A stretch of 64,000 nucleotides of DNA from Lepidodermella squamata (Eukaryota; Animalia; Gastrotricha), in the NCBI GenBank assembly GCA_047495785.1, contig JBLDXI010000033.1, positions 62,001-126,000 on the forward strand. Reading direction: 5' to 3'. The notes under the pieces were generated by a model. It was given only the letters and a program-made list of their open reading frames with translations, did no database searches and was not told the origin of the DNA. Shown in pieces: positions 45,581 to 59,615 of this stretch (positions are counted from its first letter, which is position 1; each line of letters opens with the position of its first letter). The translations under genes and the position numbers were made by a program.

Positions 45581-48217
45581 CTATAATTCCCATTTCTGCA
45601 TTTTACCAAACGTTTCTGGCGGAAAATCGTCATCGTTGCTAGCCAGTTTTAACGGCGTATCCCCATTTTCATCAGTCTGGTTCAATAAGAAAGCGGCTTC
45701 AGAACGTTCGATCATAAATGATACTATGTTGTATCGTGATTCTTCAATGGCTACATGTAACACGTTTTTCCCGTCATTATTGCGCGCCTTAATATCAGCT
45801 CCACTTTCAAGCAGAAATTCCACATTTCCAATGTTTCCTCGTCGCGCAGCTAACAACAGAGGGGTCCAATTACCAGGCTCATTTGGCATATCGATAGCAT
45901 GACCGACGCGTTCAAGAAGGAGTTTCAAGCAATCTATAGCATCTTTCCCATGAGATGCACAGTGCAAACTTGTGTATCCGTAACCATCGGGTGTCAATTC
46001 CGAGCCAGGAAACAACCCAAGGGCCAATTTCAGTAAATCGACATCACCAGACTCGGCGCACACATGGTAGAATTTCTCCGCCTTCGACGTTTCAGCACGG
46101 ACATCAGCTCCGTGATCGATCATAATTTCAACAATGTCGTAATATCCCTCCCTAGCAGCTCGTAACAGAGCGGTTTCGCCATAGCCATCTCGGCGGTCAA
46201 TTTCGACAGGTTTCTTGAGGAGCCATCTAGAAGAGGGAAGATAAATAAAAATTTCAAAATTTGGGTTACCCTGCCCCCCCCTTAGTTACGCCCCTGCTTT
46301 TTGACTAATTTTTTGTTTGGCTAACCTTACGAGATCCACGTCACCGCTCCCAACTGCATGCCGCAGCAGCGACCTCCCTTTTGAGTCAACCTGGTTCAGA
46401 AAATCAGGGTTCTTCTTCAACAGCAGCTTTACCACATCAATGTGTATATTCGCAGCAGCATGCATTATCGGTAAGACGCCAGCTGTAGAGCCACGATGGG
46501 CGAAATTAGCACCCCGCTCAAGCATATACTTTACAACATCGCAATTGCCGTTAATCGCAGCCAAACATGCAGCAGTATAACCGTTTGTTTCGTCGGTGGC
46601 TTCTAGGTCGAATTTCACATCTTCCACTAGGAATTTTACGACATTCAGGTGACCGCCATTCGCAGCCTCATGTAGCAAATTGAACCCTTCGTTGCTACGT
46701 AATTCTTTCAGCCTAGGCTCCCTAGCCAGCAAAACCTTTAGGACATCCAAGTTGCCATACTGCGAAGCAAGGTGAGATGCTGTTCTGCCATCTGCATCAG
46801 TTGCTAGCGTATCAATTCCAAGTCTTGACAGAAGGAAGTTTAGTTTTTCAGCCGAGCCTTCAGCTGCAACTTGCAGCAACAATGTTTTATCATCATCTCG
46901 CGCATCCTGATGTTGAATTACGATGGGTTCGCAGCCGGTCGGTATTTTCTCGAAGAGCGATTGAAGAGAATCGAAAGTACCAGTCCGAGCAGCGTCATGT
47001 ATTTCGTGATATTCAGTGTTCTAGAATTCAAATGACCACACTCTTAATTTAATAGCAGCATTATCGAAGTCGGTGAAGAGAAAAATATCAGAAACTGATT
47101 TTTACCTCCGATTGTGCTTCATCTATTGCCACAGTTGTACAACTGATATCAGTTGCCTTAGTCAAGATGTCAGAAATTTTTTTGACAAGATCGGTTTCAG
47201 GCCACGTTAACTTGACCACCGAGGAAGTCCATTCACCATTTTCGAATCGCAACAGTTCGTCGCACTAGCAGTTGGAGAAATGATCAAATCAAAAAGTGAA
47301 GCATGGTTTCAAACTTTAAACCTTCCGTCGAGTATCTTTTGATAGTTCATAAAATTTTAAAATACTGCTGTCTGAGACGAATAACAGAGAGGCGTTGATG
47401 CATTCAGAAGCTAACTTTTCCAGTTCATCCAGTCCATCCAACTCATCATTTGAAACCATTTTCTCAAAAATTTCCAGCTGGGTCTTTTTTAATTCTGCCA
47501 TTTTTGCCTTAAGCTGTCCAGCCCGCTTCTGAATAGTTTTCTCCATAACTTCCAAGAGCGCTCTGCAACTGCTGTCAATCTTTTCATTGATTTCATCGAC
47601 AACGCTTTCAATTTTGGAGCGAACGATATGACACCGCTTTCTGACGCGGGTAATCGACGAGTTGTAAGTTTCTCGAAGCTGAATAAATAAAAATATATTT
47701 ACTGAGATGTTAAGCTGAGATTTTACATTATAACTGGCGTATCTAGCCTCCAGGCGAATTCTTTCCAGATGAAATCGATAGCAATTTTCACAGAAGTTCT
47801 CTTCGCAGTGTTTGCACTGTGTGATCTCATCTTTCTGAACGAAGGCCAGATGGTTGCACCCTTCGCCTAATTTTCTCTTCTTCGCACCAATCGGCCCGTC
47901 GCTTTCTAAAGCTTCGATTGCCCTTTTCACGGCGAAATTTGTGCGCAGAGCTGCGAGACCATTCTTCGGCAGAACAGTCTCGGTTCTGCATTCAGGGCAA
48001 AAGACCGATTTTTTGTTATTTTTATTCAGATTCGGAAGACAAGTGGCACAGATCGAATGGCCGCATTCGTTAAGAATCTTAGCTTCAGGTCTCAGTTCCA
48101 AGCACACGGCGCAGCTTAAAGCCTGAAAACATAAGAACTGATGTTTCCAACAGGTTTATAATGATTAGGTACCTCAAAAATCGAACTCCGGACAGACTTC
48201 GGTTTAGCATCAGCCAT
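45581..48217 (-). CDS. RING-B-box-coiled-coil-ankyrin protein F (subfamily 1)
   Basis: MADAKPKSVRSSIFE, with the six-exon structure of genes A and D and in-frame junctions. Confidence 0.87.
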
Positions 48218-49971
48218 TATCCACAATATCAATAATAGACTAAAATTAGGAATAAACTACAAAATTTTCCTCACAGGAAGTGGGGCACGTGAACTATGCC
48301 CAGATCCAGATGGTGATGTAGGATGCTAAATCCTCTATCTGTGCCTATGCATGGAGGTGATACTAACATTTAAATCCAGGACTCATTTTGAAATTTTCGG
48401 TACTATAATGTACTATGCGCGGCCTTATGCTGCTGTTTTCGCTGTACATAGCTGTACATCCTCCGTGCCTCTCACGTTTTTTTGTTAATGCCGTCGAATC
48501 ATTTCGATTCGTGGATATTTTATAATTCCGTATTTTCCGGCAATGCCAGCGCCATCGGTGGCGCTTTTCTCCGACGATTTCTGCCTGGCGTAAGCCCTGT
48601 GGCTTATTCCGGCGGCCTCTCTGGCGGTGCGAGCCTGCCCGACTTGGGGCGGGCTGCCTTTCGTTCTGAATTCTGAAGCTGCCGTACACTGGCCTGCTCT
48701 GGCGGCTAAGCGGCCGTTGCCTGTCGACCTATTCAAGTTTCATGTTTGACCCGTTTGACCCGGCGCGGGTCGGTGCTGTTCGGGAGCCGGTGCCGGCCCG
48801 CGACCTGGATGAGGCGGGCGGCGGATGGCTGGCTGTCGGTGCGGTGTCGGTTTGGCGGTGGTGGATGGGCGGCGGGTGGCTTGCCGCATTTCGGCGCCTC
48901 GACTCGGCCGGCGTTGGCGGCCATGGACGCTTAGATTTTTATGTACATAATTTTTGTGATCAATTGATTGTTATGGTTGTGGTTGCTAACTCGCTTCGTT
49001 GCCGCCCATGTTTAGCCTGCGGGCTGGTGGGCTGGAATTATACCCGAACTAGATTAATAATAAACCACACATTTCTCTCTACAGTTTCATGAATGTCCCT
49101 GCGACTGTCACGGGTGTTCGCCTTTGCTGAGTCCCACATCGAAGCTACATCATCATCTAGTCACTCAATTTCGGCTTGATCCTTAGATCGACCCGGCGCA
49201 ACCTGTTCACTACCTTGGAGACCAACATTGACGAAGAAAATTAACTTAATTCGGGATCAAATTAGTGCCCAGCCAATTTGAGGCCAACTGCGAAATGATA
49301 TTACGACTTGCCTACAAATCGCACGCTCCCCGAACGTCTTTTTCTTTCTATGAAGACTTGTTTCTAGCTAAATGGTCGAATTTCGCCGAGGCTGAGCCAT
49401 TTATCGCCCACGTTCGAGGAAAATGGCTAGACTACAAGTGACATAACACGTGGATCGAAGGTATCGCACCTGGTTTACCGTCAGCCAACAACGGCAACAA
49501 AAACTACAATGCAGTTATCAAACGCGACTTCGCGCATCGCGATCAAATGCCATTGGACGGGACGACGGAAACAAAAATACACTGAGATTATTTGCAACAA
49601 CAAAGTTGAATGCGACGATGGCGCTGAAAAAACGCAGCAACCACATCGACAGCGGAGACAGCTGAAGACGCGGAAGAACAGGAACAGGTCCGTTCGGACC
49701 CTAAGTTGGCGTTGACATATTTACCTCAAGGGCTCTTCCGGCCCGGCGCCGCAATCGCCACCCTCACAACTCGAGCAGACAAGTTAGCCACGGCCTTATG
49801 CCCGGGGTAGTCAGAAACGCAGCTTCCCTTTACCTATCCTAATGTTCCGATGCGGCATCGGCGAAGCCCCCGATCATTGACGAGTTCACAGTCAGTCTTG
49901 AGTTGCCCGAGTTGGTTAACCTAAAATTCGCAAAACTGAATGACATATAATGACATATAATAAATATACCG

Positions 49972-50021
49972 CTTTCCACTGCTGAACCACTCGTATTTGA
50001 CGAATTCATACCAACTTCCAT
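49972..50021 (-). pseudogene. Remnant first exon of a subfamily-3 gene (MEVGMNSSNTSGSAVE...)
   Basis: Homologous to the first exons of E and H, and its upstream region matches 45183-45580. It has a 1-nt extra base before the donor and no RING exon follows. Confidence 0.65.
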
Positions 50022-50374
50022 TTGACAACTTGATGGATAAAGTATTCAATTAATAATCTTAGAAGAATCAATAAATTTCACAAAACTTCATCACTTGTTA
50101 CCCTTCGTTATGCCCTATGAGCATGTATTTGCACCAGTATGTCAAAAGTCAATCACATTCCGCGCTTCAGAACCACAAAAACACTATCTCTAAACACTAA
50201 AATTGAAATAAAATAAAAATACGCCAATAGAGTTCATGATTAACCAAAAAGAGTGACTGTGTCATTGCTTCAGATATTTATTAATTTACAAAGAATGTAG
50301 TAGCTTTATAAATCGGGTAGAAAAGAGCGAAGAAAATCATCTGCATATACATATTTCTCCTCATAGTTATGGAC

Positions 50375-53077
50375 CTATAATTGCCATTTCAGCATTTCAT
50401 CATCCAGTTCTGACGGAAAACACTCATCATCGTAAGCCAGTTTTAACGGCGTGTACCCATTTTCATCAGCCTGGTTCAACAAAAAAGCAGCTTCTGGACG
50501 TTTGATCAAGAACGATACAACTCTGTATTGCTCTTCTTCAATGGCTACATGTAACACGTTTTTCCCGTTACTATTGCGTGCCTTGATATCAGCGCCGTTT
50601 TCGAGCAGAAATGCCAAATTTCCAATGTTTCCCCGTCGCGCAGCTAACAACAGAGGGGTCCACTTCATAGGCTCAGTTGGCATATCGATGGCGTGACCGA
50701 CGCGTTCGAGAAGGAATTTCAAGCAATCTATAGCATCTTTCCCATAAGAAGCAGCGTGCAAACTCGTGAATCCGTAATTATCAGGCAACAATTCGGAGCC
50801 AGGAAACAGCTCAAATGCCAATTTTAATAAATCAACATTACCAGACTCGGCACAAACGTGGTAGAATTTCTCCGCATTCGTATTTTCAGCCTGGATATTT
50901 GCTCCGTGATCGATCAGAATTTTAACAACATCGTAATATCCTTCCCTGGCAGCTTGTAACAGAGCAGTTTCGCCATTTTCATCAAGGCGGTCTATTTCGA
51001 CAGGTTTCTTGAGGAGCCATCTAAATTAGAGGAGAGGCAGGGAAAATTGAAAATTTGCCCAAATGAAATACAATCACGACTACTTGAATAATTATTCGAA
51101 TTTAGGGCCACGGGGCCATTTTGTCGAAAACATCTGGCTCATTTGACTTACTTTATGACATTAATATCACCGCCATCAACTGCATGCCGCAGCAGCGACC
51201 TCCCTTTTGAGTCAACCTGGTTCAGGAAATCAGGGTTCTTCTTCAACAGCAGCTTCACCACATCAAGGTTTTTATTCGAGGCAGCATGCATTATTGGCAG
51301 TGCGCCATCTGTAGAGTCACGATGGGCGAAATTAGCACCCCGCTCAAGCAAATACTTTACAACATCGCAATTGCCGTTAATCGCAGCCAAAATTGCAGCA
51401 GTATATCCATTCAATTCGTCAGTGGCTTCCAAGTCGAATTTCTCATCTTCCACCAAGAATTTTACGACATTCAGATGACCGCCACTCGCAGCCTCGTGTA
51501 GCAAATTGAACCATTTGCAGCTACGTAATCCTTTCAAACTAGGCTCCCTTGCCAGCAAAAGCTTTAGGACATCCAAGTTGCCATTTCGCGAAGCAAGGTG
51601 TGCCGCCGTTCGCTGTTCGAAATCCATCGCTAGCGTATCGATTTTAGGTCTTGACAGAAGAAATTCGACTTTTTCAATCGAACTGTCAGCTGCAGCTTGG
51701 AGCAGCAATGTTTTATAGCCATCTCGCGCATCCTGATGATCAATAACGATGGGTTCGCAGCCGGCTGGTATTTGCTGGAAGAGCACTTGAAGCGATTCAA
51801 AACTACCAGTTCGAGCAGCGTCATGGATTACGTGGTATTCAGTGCCCTGAAATGCAAAAACAATAGAAAATCAAATTTACTCTAGCTATAATGAAATCGC
51901 GAATCGCGCTATTGAACCAGATATAGAGAGAAAAGATCAGGAAAAGCCGTAAAATGTACCGTCCTTATTGCTTCATATATAGCCACAGGTGTAGAATCAA
52001 CGTCGGTTGTCTTGGTCAGGATGTCCGCAAATGTTTTGACAAGATCAGATTCAGGCCACGTTAATTTGACCTCAGAAGGATTCCATTCGTCACGCTCGTA
52101 TCGCATCAGCTTACCGCACTAAAATTAGAAAAATGTGTAAAACCCAAGTTGTAAAGCAGGGTTTCCAACCTTTCGTCGAATCGCTCCTGATAATTCATGA
52201 AATTTCAAAATACTTTTGTCTGAGACGAATAACAGAGAAGCATTGATGCATTCGGAAGCCAACTTTTCAAGTTCTTGCAATCCATCCGCTTCATCGTTTG
52301 AAATCATTTTCTCGAATATTTCGAGCTGGGCCATTTTGAACTCAGCCGTTTTTGCCTTAAGCTGTCCAGCCCGCTTCTGAATAGTTTTCTCCAAAGCTTC
52401 TAAGAGCGCTCTGCAACTGCTGTCAATCTCCGCATTGACCGCATCGGAAACGCTTTCAATTTTCGAGCGAATGATTTGGCACCGTTTTCTAACGCAGGTC
52501 ACCGACGAGGTGAAAGTTTCTCGAAGCTGAATATAAATGAATATAGGTATATTTTGATATTTTAAGCTAGGTTTTTACGTTATAACTGGCATATCTAGCC
52601 TCTAGGCGTATTCTTTCCAGGTGACACCGGTAGCAGTTCTCGCAGAAGTCCTTTTTGCAGTGTTTGCACCGTGTGATCTCATCTTTCTCAACAAACGCCA
52701 GATGATTGCACCCTTTGCCTAATTTTCTCTTCTTCGCACCAATCGGCCCGTCGCTTTCTAAAGCTTCGATTGCTCTTTTCACGGCGAAATTTGTCCGCAG
52801 AGCTGCGAGACCATTCTTTGGCAGAACAGTCTCAGTTCTGCATTCAGGGCAAAATACCGATTTCTTGTTATCTTCATTCAGCTTAGAAAGACATGTGGCA
52901 CAAATCGAATGGCCGCATTCGTTCAGCATTTTAACTTCGGGGCTCAGTTCCAAGCATACGGTGCACCTCAAAGCCTGAAAACATAAGAACTGAATGTTTG
53001 CAACATATTTTTAATGATTAATGATTAGTTACCTCAACAATCGAACTCCGGACAGACTTCGGTTTTGCATCGGTCAT
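50375..53077 (-). CDS. RING-B-box-coiled-coil-ankyrin protein G (subfamily 1, closest to F)
   Basis: MTDAKPKSVRSSIVE, with a six-exon structure. Flanking non-coding DNA aligns with that of F. Confidence 0.87.
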
Positions 53078-54142
53078 TATCCCCAATATCAATAATAAAC
53101 TAGATTAGGAATCAACTAGATAAATTTCCTCATAGGAAGTGGGGCACGTGAAATTATGTCCAGAACCATGCTGATGTGGGATGCTAAATCCTCTATCTGT
53201 GTCTATGCATGGAAGTGATAGTAAGATTCAAATCCAGGAAAGCACAAGGCATTACAAAGTGCTGATTATCTCAAATGCTATAAATAATCAACAGGACCTT
53301 ACGTTACGGGGCCTATTAAAACTTTCTTCCATTCGCCCGGGGTAGACTTCTCAACTCGGAACTCGTGTCTAACATGGGCGAGGAACAAAAAGAACAAGCC
53401 CATAAAATAATCACACAAATACTTGACAAGGAGCTTCTAAAAAAGCTCAATCTAACCGACCATTTGAAAAATAATTTAAATGTATTTGAAATTTTCAGCC
53501 AATCCAGTTTGCGAAATTTTCAATCGGTGCCGAAAATCCGACAGTCCCACGCGCTCGTCTTTGCCGAGTCCCACATCGAAGCTACATCATCATCATCTAG
53601 TCAGCCAATTTCGGCCTGGTCTTTAAAACGATTCGACGCACCACATTGAGCTTTTCAAAGCGGAGACAGCAGAAGACGAGGATAAACAGGTACACGGCCG
53701 GTCGGGCCCTAGTTGGGGCTGACATACCGTATTGCTGCAACTACTAACCCGGGCTGATGCAAAGTTCGAGGGCTGAAAATCCCCCAAAACTGGGCTTCTA
53801 TTTGAGAGTGGGGTTATACAACTAGAGCTCTCATATACCAACACGTCTCGAATTTTGGATTACTCCTAATTTTTTTACTACAGTCGTTGTTCGTTGTATA
53901 ATTGATTGTTGCGACTCATATAACGGCCTTAATAGACATTGTCTCCCAGCCTTAATGTTATTTTAATCGTCCCTTTTCACACCGATCTCTCAACAATTGA
54001 CGTATGCCGCTTAGGAACTACGGGCCGATATAAGGAATTAGCTGAGAAAATACATTATTGCACTTTTAATTTTTGATTCAAGTACACAGTAATATTACAG
54101 AGAAATGGGAAACAATGTAGTTCAGTAAAAAAATAAGTAAAT

Positions 54143-56681
54143 TTAAGCCGCGATGATTTGACGCATTCGTTCGAGAAGATCAGCGGGAAAATTAGGCTTT
54201 GCAGCAACGATTGGCAAGACGCCAGAGCCATTTTTGCATTGCAACAGCTGTCCAGCAACAGGAAGCTTCAGAATACTGTCAATCACATCAGGAGATAAAT
54301 GTTCAATCGCAATATGAAGAGCGTTGTTCCCGCTATCGTCAACAATAGCTGGATCGGCTCCTTTGCTGATGAGGTATTCAAAGGCTGAAACGTGATTAGC
54401 TTCGGCACAAATCATCAACGCAGTAGTTGGCGGCTGCTTTTTTACAGAAGCTTTCAGATTAACAGGCGTGGAATGAGACTCTATGAAATAGGACATCATT
54501 GCCGTAGCAGCATCGTCATTTTTACATGAAGCGGCGTAGTGCAGCGCCGTTTCGTTGTAAGCCGTTGGGAATTTCTCGATCATGTATTTCACAACAGGCA
54601 AGCTACCACTCTCAACAGCGCGGAAGAAGGCAGTCATTTTGGAATTTTGCTTGCAATTCACATCGAAGCCGTTTTCGACGAGAAGCGCAACAGCTTCCAC
54701 GTTGCAACTATAAGCGACAACATGGATCGCAGAAAGCGTATTGAGCTCTTGATTTCGACAGGTTGCCATCAATTCCTTCATTACATCAACACTACCCTTG
54801 AAGCAAGCAGCCAGAAAAGCAGTGTAGCCAGCTTCAGTAGTAGCATTCAACATGGTAGCATCCCTACTCGCTATAATTCTCACGGCTTCAACCTGATTAT
54901 TGGTGGCGGCAACGTGAATCGGCATCATGTCTTTCCTTGTCAACCGCATGTTTGCTCCCAGTTCCAGAAGAAACTTGACCATCTGCGAGTTCCCCTTTTC
55001 ACACGCAACATGAAGAGCAGTGTTCCTACTGGAATCGGCTATGTCAACTATTGCTTTGAATTGCTCAACAGCACCAATAGGGACCTTGCCGTTGGAAGCC
55101 ATCAAATGCAAAACTGTTCGGCCCTTTCTATCAAGAACTTTCACGATTGAAGGGTCTATTTTCAGGATATGATCAAGTACTTCTGGGAAACTAGCCGCCA
55201 GATGGCAGATTGTTTCGCCGTTGGTATCGCCCAGTTTCAAGTCTTCCAATGACAAGCGAGGCGTCAACGTTTGAAAAATTTCCATAGATCCTGAAGCCAC
55301 CGCTTGATGAAGAACCGTTCTTCCTTGATCAGTTTCATCAACATGCCGAATTATCAAATCAAGTCCAGCTTCCGGAACCTTGCTTAGCAAATCTTCGAAG
55401 TTTTCAGTTTTCCCATTTTTCGCTGATTGATGAAATTCCCAGTACATATATTCCTGGGTATTGTAGGGAATACATTTTTGATACGAAATAAGCGAGAATA
55501 ACTGACCTTTGCATCCAATTTCTCCACTTGAGTAACGACGCGGTGAAACGTGAAACTTTTGCTCAATAGGCGTTTCGTTGATTCTACAAAGCTGACGTCA
55601 ATGAGTGTCGCGTAATTTGAATTGGCAGCTTCGCTGTTCTCAATCGCCAGCATTTCGACAACCTCAAAATGGAAATGGCAATACGAGCATAATTAGTGTT
55701 CTATTATGACTCATCTGAATGACACAAGCTTACATTTTGACACTGTTCTGTTACAGTCGCATGGAGACGGATAAATTTCGCGCCTGAGTTGAACAAAAGT
55801 GGGGCTGATTGTACATCTTTGATCAGTCCATCAAAATCGCCTGTGGCGTCCATCAGCTCGGCACTGTTTTCCAACGAGTGCAGTTGATCCGCTATGAAAT
55901 GGTCAACTTGGCTGGTTAAATGATCACAATGCTGTTTAATGGCATCCTGTAATGAAGCAATCAAATTTTCTCCGGTTTTTCGAATTTCCTCCTTGATTTG
56001 CACAGCGCTATTTTTGATTTTCGACCGAATAACATCAAGTTGGCCCAGGGCATGCGAGCGAGCATTTTCGCGTTTAGATTCAAGCTGAAAGTTCGAAAGA
56101 GATATATCGCAGTTTGAAACTAAACTGTTAAGATTTACTAACCCAGCTGTGAGCGAAGAAAATCTCACTTCGCATGTGTTCAAGATGAGCAACGAAACAA
56201 GATGGACAAAATTGAGCGTCGCAATGGCCGCATAGTTTCGCGTTAGATCGTGACAAGTTGGAAAGATGCATACAAGATTCGCCCAGCTTTGACTTTTTCA
56301 TGTTGTCATTTTCCTCCTTCAAAACTTGTACGGCTTGTTTCACTGCGATATTGGCTAAAAAATTCGATTTAAGGTAAGACTATTTCAAATTTACTGCGCT
56401 TACACTTGATTGTATCCATCGTAACATTCGCCTTACTGCGGCACTCTGGGCAAACAACTTGGGTGAATTTCGGCATTTTGATCAATATCGATTCGATGCA
56501 TTTGGAGCAGAATGAATGACCACATTGCGGAAGAATTTTCGGGTCGTTTGCCAATTCGAGACATATTGTGCACGTAAGAGCCTGAAGTCATAAAAGAGAA
56601 ACGGTCATTCAAGATAGACCTCACTAGACATACCGCTTCCACTGGGCAGCCAGTATTAGACGAATTCGTGCCAATGTCCAT
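54143..56681 (-). CDS. RING-B-box-coiled-coil-ankyrin protein H (subfamily 3)
   Basis: MDIGTNSSNTGCPVEA | ALTCTICLELANDPKILPQCGHSFCSKC...CPEC | B-box | coiled-coil | linker | 434-aa ankyrin ORF. Confidence 0.85.
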
Positions 56682-56944
56682 TTAATGGTTCGATATAATA
56701 ACAAATGAGTTGTTACTTCTAAATAAAATGCGAATAACATAGCTTTTTCGGGGCAAGATATCAAGGCTTTTCGTTTGACTTTACGTGAATTGATATAACA
56801 ATTATTAAAAAAAAACACTGGTGTAAAACTGAATAGTTTCAATACCCTCGAATGGGTCAAAGTTAACAAACATTTACTGCAAAAATTTAAAAAGGATAAA
56901 GTAACAGGAAATACTGAGATGCAAGGATTTTTCTGCAACTTGTC

Positions 56945-59509
56945 TCAATTTGATGCAAGCAAAACAAATTTGCGCCCAATATCTTCCGGCAAGTTCGCAT
57001 CCTTCTGGGCGATTTGAATAGGCGTATTGCCCGCATTGTTCTTGCGCATAGCAAGAAACTTGGCTTCGGGTAGGTCAAGCAAATAGGTCACCAAGTCATA
57101 CGCTTTTTCCTGGAGAGCTTTGCCTAGGACATTGAAACCATTTTTGTCCGTCGCCCAAATGCTGGCACCCTTCGATAGAAGGTGTTTGAGCATTTGCAAA
57201 TTTGGATACGTAGCTGCAATCATAAGCGGCGTTCCTTCAGCGCTTGGCAACTCTATATCCTGCCAATTAAGCTGAAGTAAATAATCGACGCAGGAGGTTC
57301 CTTGAGAGCTATATGCAGCTGAGTGCAGCGGCGTCCATTTCAGATTATCCACTACCCGCTCAGAATTCGGACATAGCGACAAGGCGTATTTCAGCAGCTC
57401 AACATTGCCAGATTGCGCACAAAGGTGAACTAAGCTTTCGCCGATATTCGTTTTCGCCTGCAAATTAGCACCACGTTCAATCAAAAACTTGACCACATCG
57501 AAATGACCATTTTTAGCGGCGAGAAGCAGCGGAGTGTAACTGGTTTTATCAACGATTTCCAGTAAATTTGGCATTGTCTCTATAATTTTGCCCACAGCTT
57601 CCAGATGACCGAATGCAGCAGCGAGAGCCAAAATAGAGTTATCTTCCTTATCTTTGATCGAGCTAACGTTCCCGGAACGCTCAAGCAGATAGTCAATCAC
57701 AGCTAAATTCCCACTCGACGCCGCAGCAAGTATCGGAGTACGACCTTCTTGTGTTTCGCCAATATCGAACTTCGCACCCTTTTCGTAGAGGTACGCAACG
57801 AATTCGACATGTCCTTCAAATGCGGCAAAATAGGCAGCAGTTCGCCGAGTCTTTTCACTGTCTATTGCATCCAAGTCCACAGAGAATTTTTCGACCAGAT
57901 ATTTTGCAACTTCCACTTTGCCGAAAGACGCCGCTGTGTGTAACAAAGTGAGCCCTTGTTTATCCCTGAGATCTTTGAGTTGGGGTTTACGCTCAAGAAC
58001 CAATGCCAGAATATCTAGATGACCCTGCTCAGCTGCGATATGAGCCACGGTCATGCCCTCTGAATCACGCGCCAAGATATCGGCGGCTTGTGATAGAATA
58101 TAGCTCACCAGGTCTGCAGAGCCGTCAGCAGCAGCTTGTAGAAGGACGGTTCGATTGTTATCACAATTATCAGTATGCTCTAACACAAATCTGATCCACT
58201 TCTTTTGAAGTCCGTTAATCAAATCTTTGAAACTTTTCGAATTCCCCTCTGTGGCAGCCAAGTGAAACTTTTGATATGAATCAGCCTTGATGGGTTACAT
58301 AAAAGAATGTATGATAATCAGGTGATTTAGCTGAAGAAATCACCTCGGCATGATCATTTTCAGCATTATCCGAACATTCTAGGGCAACATTGGTATTTTC
58401 AGACAGCACAGAAGCCATGGCTTCACGGATAGATTCTTTCCACGTCATCCCAATCTTTGACTTGCCAGGTTGAGATTCGCCCAAGCTCAGCAGCTTGCAT
58501 AACTGAACATACATTCTTAGATATTAACCAAAGATGCCATACAAGGAGTTTAATTAGACAAAAACTGTCGTAATTGAGCGCTGGACCCTCATCGATTATT
58601 TTTTAATACGTTTTTTAATAATAATTACCTCGTTTCTCATTTCCTTCGCAAGACTGTGAAGCGCTATTACGTCTTCACAAGTCGTGTTCAGCATTGATGA
58701 GTTCTCAAGCGTTCCAGACAGCTTTTCTAGCTCATCGAGCTTTTCACGCCAGTCTTCCGATGTTACCTTACACAACGTTTCGCGTCGCTGATATCGTAAG
58801 TCCTCCGCAGCTTTAATCAATGCATCACAGCGCTGATTAACCATGCCTCTAAACCAGTTGACCAAAGCTTCGCCCGAGGAGTTTATTTCCCCTTTTATCG
58901 AACTCAAACTTGAGTCAATCTCATTTTGAATCGCATTAGCTGAAGCGTTAGTCTTATTTATGTTGCTTTCAAACTGCTCCCTTATCTAAAAAATGGACAA
59001 CTCGGCAGTTCACTTTTAAATTGCAGTGGCAAAAATTACGTCGTGACATGAGAAAATAGCTTCCAGCTTAACGCGTTCCAAGTGAAGAAGGTAGCACGAT
59101 GAGCAGAAAAATTCTTTACAATGTGGACAAAGCTCTCGTTCATCTTTCGCGAGAAAATGAACATGCCCACAATTTTCACCAGGTTTTGACCGCTTGGTGC
59201 GTTTAGATTGCGCCTCGTGGTAAACCTCAGCGACTCGCTTCACAGCGTAATTTGTGCGCAAGCCCATGGGAGGAATCTTGGTCTCCTCCCTGCATTCTGG
59301 GCAATTCACCGATGTTTTCGATTGTTCAGTCAGCTTAGCGAGGCACTCAGCGCAGATTGTATGACCGCAGGCAGAAAGAATTTTCGTGTCAGAAGGCACT
59401 TCTAGGCAGACAGCACAGCAAACAGCCTAAAATTAAGGCAAAATGTTGCAGCAAAATTGCTGAAAAAGTGTCAAACCTCAAAAATAGCATTGCTGGACGA
59501 GCTAGCCAT
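56945..59509 (-). CDS. RING-B-box-coiled-coil-ankyrin protein I (subfamily 2)
   Basis: MASSSSNAIFE | AVCCAVCLE...CGHTICAEC...CPEC, B-box CGH...CPHC...CSSC...H | coiled-coil | linker | 438-aa ankyrin ORF. All introns are short. Confidence 0.87.
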
Positions 59510-59615
59510 TCGATCAATATGAAATAATCCTAAAATTTCCGCAAAGAAAATGCAGCTTGAACTTCGATATATTAAAAATGAATCATGCAAATTAGAACAA
59601 AAAAGTTTTGTTACT

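Noticed and set aside
26063-58261. Ankyrin ORFs as endosymbiont-derived (Wolbachia-like) or viral stand-alone genes
   Set aside because: They are exons joined in frame to RBCC exons by GT-AG introns, and subfamily 1 has an intron inside the ankyrin region.
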